A stretch of DNA of 64,000 nucleotides. Origin: an uncultured Collinsella sp. Lineage in GTDB: Bacteria > Actinomycetota > Coriobacteriia > Coriobacteriales > Coriobacteriaceae. Below the pieces are notes generated by a model. The model saw only the letters and a program-made list of their open reading frames with translations, was not told the DNA's origin and did no database searches. This document shows, one piece after another, positions 58,182 through 64,000 of this stretch; position 1 is the stretch's first letter, and every line of letters starts with the position of its first letter. The position numbers were made by a program, and so were the translations under genes. The stretch is taken from the NCBI GenBank assembly GCA_958415625.1, contig CATYZI010000012.1:1095-65094 (forward strand), written 5' to 3'.

Positions 58182-61100
58182 ATGCAGGCAGATTCCGCTC
58201 AGCAGCAGGGCCTTTATCGCCCCGAATTCGACCACGATGCATGTGGCATCGGCGCGCTTGCCGATATCAACGGTGAGCGCCATCACCAGATTCTGGACGA
58301 TGCGCTGTCCATTCTGGTCAACTTGGAGCACCGCGGAGGCACGGGACTCGAGAAGAACACCGGCGACGGCGCCGGTATCCTGTTCCAAGTCCCGCATCAC
58401 TTTTTCCGAAAAGAGGCTCAAAAATGCGGCCAGATTCTGCCGGCAGAGGGCGACTATGGCGTGGCCATGCTGTTCTTCCCGCAGGACGACAAGGGCGTAG
58501 AGGATGCCCGCCGCGTGTTTGAGGAGGGCTGCGCCGAGGCCGGCGTACCGCTGCTCTTTTGGCGCGAGGTGCCGGTCGACCCGCACGACCTGGGCGAGAC
58601 GGCCCGCGCCTGCATGCCCACTATCCTGCAGGCCTTCCTGGGCCGCCCCGACGATACGCCGGCGGGTGACGCCTTCGAGCGCCGCCTGTACGTGTGCCGT
58701 CGCACTATCGAGAAGAAGGCCGATGCCGAGTTTGCCCTGCGCGACAAGATCTTCTACGTGTGCTCCATGAGCTCGCGCACCATCGTGTACAAGGGCATGC
58801 TGGTCGCCACGCAGATGCGCCGCTTCTTCATCGACCTCAACGATGCCGCCGTCAAAACGGCCGTGGCGCTCGTCCACTCGCGCTACTCCACCAACACCAC
58901 GCCCAGCTGGGAGCGTGCGCACCCCAACCGCTTTATCATCCACAACGGCGAGATTAACACCCTCAAGGGCAACGTCAACTGGATCCGCGCCCGCGAGCCC
59001 AACCTGTACAGCCCCGTGCTGCAGCACGATCTTGAGCGCGTGATGCCCATCATCAACCGCGAGGGCTCCGATTCCGCGATTCTGGACAACGTGCTTGAGT
59101 TCCTAGTCATGAACGGCCGTCCGCTCACGCGTGCCGCGTCTATGTTGCTGCCCGAGCCATGGGACCACAACGACAACCTGGGTGAGGAACGCCGCGCCTA
59201 CGACGCTTACCAGTCCATGCTCATGGAGCCGTGGGACGGTCCTGCCGCTATCGCCTTTACCGATGGCCGTACCCTGGGCGCCGCCCTCGACCGTAACGGC
59301 CTGCGTCCCGCCCGCTATTATGTGACGCGCGACGGTCGTTTTATGCTGGCAAGCGAGGTGGGCACCATCGAGGTGAGCCCCGAGAACATCCTGACGAGCG
59401 GCTGCTTGGGACCGGGCCAGATGCTCGAGGTCGATTTTGCTCGCGGCCGCGTAATCTACAACGACGAGCTGCGCGCCCGCTATGCCAAGGAAAAGCCCTA
59501 CCGCGACTGGATTGCCGAGGAGACGCTGACTATCGACGCGCTCGATGAGCCCGCCGCGCCCGCGCCCGCCGAGGATGCCGAGGTGCCCGCCGCCGTGCGC
59601 ATGGCCAAGCTCGGCTATCACTGGGATGATGCTGACGAGGTCGTGCGCCCCATGGCCCAGCAGGGCAAGGCCCCGCTCGCCTCGATGGGTATCGATGCGC
59701 CGTTGGCCTGCCTGTCCAAGAAGACGCGTTCGTTCTTTGACTACTTCTATCAGCTGTTCGCTCAGGTCACGAATCCTCCGATCGATGCCCTGCGCGAGCA
59801 CATGGTGACTTCGACCACGCTCTACCTGGGCAACCACGGCAACCTGCTCGAGGATTCCCGCACGGCCTGTCAGCTGGTGCGCTTGGAGCGCCCATTGCTC
59901 AACGAGGAAGAGTTCGAGCATATCTGTGCCATCGACCGTGTTGGCTTTAAGACCCGTCGTTTCCGTGCCGTCTACCGCCGCGATGCCGGCGAGGGCGCGC
60001 TGCAGGCTGCGCTCAAACAGCTTGCCGAGGACGTTGAGGCTGCGGTCCGCGACGGCGTGAACATTGTGGTGTTGAGCGATCGTGCCGCTGCGGGCGAGGT
60101 GCCCGTGCCGTCGCTGCTCGCCGTGGGCTGCGTGCACAACCACCTGATCCGCGCCGGCGTTCGTACTTTTGCCGACATCGTGGTGGAGTGCGGTGACGCC
60201 GTGTCCCCGCACGACTTTGCGGCACTGGTGGGCTACTCCGCGAGCGGCATCTATCCGTACAACGCACATGCGTGCATCCGCGATCTGGCGGCACGCGGCG
60301 ACCTGGACGTGACGGCCGAGCAGGGCATCGCCAACTACAACAAGGCTGCGACCGCCGGCATCGTCTCCATCATGTCCAAGATGGGCATCTCCACGGTGCA
60401 GAGCTACCATTCGGCGCAGATCTTCGAAGCCGTGGGCTTTACGCCGGAGTTCGTCAACGCGTACTTTGCCGGCACGGTGAGCCGTGTGGGCGGTATGGGT
60501 GTCGAGGACGTTGAACGCGAGCAAAACGAGCGCTACGACGCCGCGCTCGCTATCCTTAAGAGCCCGGCTCCCGATCAGCTGCCCACGCTGGGCCTGACCA
60601 AGTGGCGCCCGCTCGGCGGCGAGGAACACCTCATCGACCCCCAGACCGTCTACCTGCTGCAGACCGCCTGCCGTGAGGACAGCTACGACACCTTTAAGGA
60701 GTACAGCGCCCGCCTGCACCGCACCGGCCGTGCCGTGCGTCTGCGCGACTTGCTCGACTTTGATGCCAGCGGCCGCACGCCGGTTTCGCTCGACGAGGTC
60801 GAGCCCGCGCTCAACATCGTCCGCCGCTTTAACACCGGCGCCATGTCGTACGGCTCCATCAGCAAGGAAGCACACGAGTGCATGGCCATCGCCATGAACC
60901 GCCTGCACGGCCGTTCCAACTCGGGCGAGGGCGGTGAGGATCCGCGTCGCGAGACCCCGCTGGCTAACGGTGATTCCAAGAACTCCGCGATCAAGCAGGT
61001 GGCAAGTGCGCGCTTTGGCGTGACGAGCCGCTACCTGTGCAGCGCCTTCGAGATTCAGATCAAGATGGCCCAGGGCGCCAAGCCCGGCGAGGGTGGCCAC

Positions 61101-62879
61101 CTGCCCGGCAAGAAGGTCTACCCCTGGATTGCCGAGGTCCGTCAGTCCACGCCCGGCATCGGCCTGATCTCGCCTCCGCCGCATCACGACATCTACTCCA
61201 TCGAAGACCTGGCCGAGCTGATCTTCGACCTTAAGAACGCCAACCCCGGTGCGCGCGTGTCGGTCAAGCTGGTCAGCGAGGCCGGCGTCGGTACCATCGC
61301 CACCGGTGTGGCCAAGGGTGCCGCCGACAAGATTTTGATCAGCGGACACAATGGCGGCTCGGGTGCCGCGGCGCGCGATTCCATTTGGCACGCCGGCCTG
61401 CCGCTGGAGCTTGGCCTTGCCGAGGCCCAGCAGACGCTGCTGCAAAACGGCCTGCGCTCGCGCGTGGTGCTCGAGGCCGACGGTAAGCTCATGGACGGCA
61501 CCGACGTCGCCGTCGCCTGCCTGCTGGGTGCCGAGGAGTTTGGCTTTGCGACCATGCCGCTCATCTCGATGGGTTGCCTCATGCAACGCGACTGCCAGCA
61601 GGATACCTGCCCGGCCGGCATCGCTACGCAAAACTGCCGCCTGCGTCGCGGCTTCCGCGGCAAGCCCGAGCACGTCGAGCACTTTTTGCTCTTTGTTGCC
61701 GAGCAGTTGCGCGAGGTCATGGCGAGCCTGGGCTTCCGCACCGTCGACGAGATGGTCGGCCATCCCGAGTGCTTACGCCAGATCGAGGTCCCGGGTAACC
61801 GCAAGGCAAATCTGCTCGATCTGTCGCCGGTGCTGGCGAGCGCGACCTGCGAGTTCGGTGCCCATATTCCGGGCGCCGACGGTCGCCACTTCCTGCCGCA
61901 GATGGCCGCGGACAGCGAGCTCGACAAGACGCTCGACTCCACGTTGTTTGTGCCCTATACGGCCGACGCCCGTGCGCATCTGCGTCCGATTCGCTTCCGC
62001 GCCGATATCGCCAACGTCAACCGTTGCGTGGGCACCATCCTGGGTAACGCGGTGACCAAGGCACATCCCGAGGGCCTGCCCGCCGGCTCCATCACCATCG
62101 ATTGCGATGGATCGGCCGGTCAGAGCTTTGGCGCCTTCCTGCCGCGCGGCATTACGCTCAACGTGTGCGGCGACGCCAACGACTACTTTGGCAAGGGCCT
62201 TTCGGGCGGCGAGGTGTCGGTGCGCCCCAACCCGCATGCGACCTATAAGTTCGACGAAAACATCATCGTGGGCAACGTTGCGTTCTTTGGCGCCACGAGC
62301 GGCCGTGGCTTCATCAACGGCCTGGCCGGCCAGCGCTTTGGCGTACGCAACTCCGGTGCCACCGTGGTGGTCGAGGGTTGCGGCAACCACGGTTGCGAGT
62401 ACATGACGGGTGGCCTGGCGCTCATCCTGGGCGAGGTCGGGCAGAACTTCGCTGCCGGCATGACGGGTGGCGCGGCTTATGTCTTTGACCAGTACGGCAC
62501 GCTCGATGCCCGCGTGAACCACGAGAGCGTTGAGCTCAAGGCCCCGACTGCCGGCGAGCTGGCGCAGATTCGCGAGCTCATCCAGGAGCACGTGGACGCG
62601 ACGCAGAGCCCGCGCGGCATCAAGCTGCTCTACAGCTTTGAGACGATGAGCAAGCACTTTGTGAAGGTCATTCCGACCGAGTACGAGCGTGTGCTGGCGA
62701 TTGTCGCTGCGAGCGAGGCTGCCGGCAAGACACATGCGCAGGCAGAGGAACTGGCGTTTGACATTGTGACCGGTCGCGCGAGCGCCGCGGATGTCGCTCG
62801 CTTCGATATTGCGGGCGGTGCTGCGGGTGCTGCGTCCGCGGCCGCCAGCTCTGTTGCTTCGACCAAGAAGGAGGCGTAA
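58182..62879 (+). CDS. gltB: Glutamate synthase large subunit
   Basis: 1565 aa with an N-terminal Ntn Cys (HDACGIGAL), an FMN domain and a C-terminal GXGXG domain. Confidence 0.96.
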   Translation: MQADSAQQQGLYRPEFDHDACGIGALADINGERHHQILDDALSILVNLEHRGGTGLEKNTGDGAGILFQVPHHFFRKEAQKCGQILPAEGDYGVAMLFFPQDDKGVEDARRVFEEGCAEAGVPLLFWREVPVDPHDLGETARACMPTILQAFLGRPDDTPAGDAFERRLYVCRRTIEKKADAEFALRDKIFYVCSMSSRTIVYKGMLVATQMRRFFIDLNDAAVKTAVALVHSRYSTNTTPSWERAHPNRFIIHNGEINTLKGNVNWIRAREPNLYSPVLQHDLERVMPIINREGSDSAILDNVLEFLVMNGRPLTRAASMLLPEPWDHNDNLGEERRAYDAYQSMLMEPWDGPAAIAFTDGRTLGAALDRNGLRPARYYVTRDGRFMLASEVGTIEVSPENILTSGCLGPGQMLEVDFARGRVIYNDELRARYAKEKPYRDWIAEETLTIDALDEPAAPAPAEDAEVPAAVRMAKLGYHWDDADEVVRPMAQQGKAPLASMGIDAPLACLSKKTRSFFDYFYQLFAQVTNPPIDALREHMVTSTTLYLGNHGNLLEDSRTACQLVRLERPLLNEEEFEHICAIDRVGFKTRRFRAVYRRDAGEGALQAALKQLAEDVEAAVRDGVNIVVLSDRAAAGEVPVPSLLAVGCVHNHLIRAGVRTFADIVVECGDAVSPHDFAALVGYSASGIYPYNAHACIRDLAARGDLDVTAEQGIANYNKAATAGIVSIMSKMGISTVQSYHSAQIFEAVGFTPEFVNAYFAGTVSRVGGMGVEDVEREQNERYDAALAILKSPAPDQLPTLGLTKWRPLGGEEHLIDPQTVYLLQTACREDSYDTFKEYSARLHRTGRAVRLRDLLDFDASGRTPVSLDEVEPALNIVRRFNTGAMSYGSISKEAHECMAIAMNRLHGRSNSGEGGEDPRRETPLANGDSKNSAIKQVASARFGVTSRYLCSAFEIQIKMAQGAKPGEGGHLPGKKVYPWIAEVRQSTPGIGLISPPPHHDIYSIEDLAELIFDLKNANPGARVSVKLVSEAGVGTIATGVAKGAADKILISGHNGGSGAAARDSIWHAGLPLELGLAEAQQTLLQNGLRSRVVLEADGKLMDGTDVAVACLLGAEEFGFATMPLISMGCLMQRDCQQDTCPAGIATQNCRLRRGFRGKPEHVEHFLLFVAEQLREVMASLGFRTVDEMVGHPECLRQIEVPGNRKANLLDLSPVLASATCEFGAHIPGADGRHFLPQMAADSELDKTLDSTLFVPYTADARAHLRPIRFRADIANVNRCVGTILGNAVTKAHPEGLPAGSITIDCDGSAGQSFGAFLPRGITLNVCGDANDYFGKGLSGGEVSVRPNPHATYKFDENIIVGNVAFFGATSGRGFINGLAGQRFGVRNSGATVVVEGCGNHGCEYMTGGLALILGEVGQNFAAGMTGGAAYVFDQYGTLDARVNHESVELKAPTAGELAQIRELIQEHVDATQSPRGIKLLYSFETMSKHFVKVIPTEYERVLAIVAASEAAGKTHAQAEELAFDIVTGRASAADVARFDIAGGAAGAASAAASSVASTKKEA

Positions 62880-62884
62880 GTGCC

Positions 62885-64000
<1,116 letters not shown>

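Overview
High-GC chromosomal window, probably from an anaerobic Actinomycetota/Coriobacteriia-type genome (taxon is my inference from composition and gene content). Bases 1-11.8 kb hold the distal spc/alpha ribosomal cluster (rplE through rplQ, with secY, adk, map, infA, rpoA, truA). The cluster starts abruptly at rplE, behind an XdhC-like gene. Housekeeping genes follow: GT2, argR, PBP1A, a U32 protein, tyrS, ade, two Cof-type HAD hydrolases, citrate synthase and an ACT protein. A roughly 7 kb island at about 25.4-32.7 kb looks lower in GC by eye. It carries a truncated tyrosine integrase, a YozG-like HTH plus DUF2975 pair, and a Sec-secreted 92-aa Cys-containing protein followed by a hairpin and an unusual three-module ABC apparatus. 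After the island come rpmE, secA, prfB, yitT, split transketolase, ftsEX, rnr, a lone serine recombinase plus VanZ-like gene, a MurNAc catabolic operon (murR-murQ-murP-mupG), tRNA-Gln/tRNA-Glu, smpB, flavin reductase plus rubredoxin, mntH, gpmA and gltBD (gltD runs off the window). The intergenic DNA contains several unrelated families of long palindromic repeats. One 48-bp inverted-repeat pair brackets a whole HAD gene with a 4-bp target duplication, which looks like a transposase-less cassette. The most interesting items are the island secreted-protein/ABC locus, the HAD cassette, the tandem hairpin array upstream of gltB, a 125-nt palindrome upstream of ftsE, and SPT in place of SPF in RF2. 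All calls come from reading the sequence and ORF translations; no database search was run.
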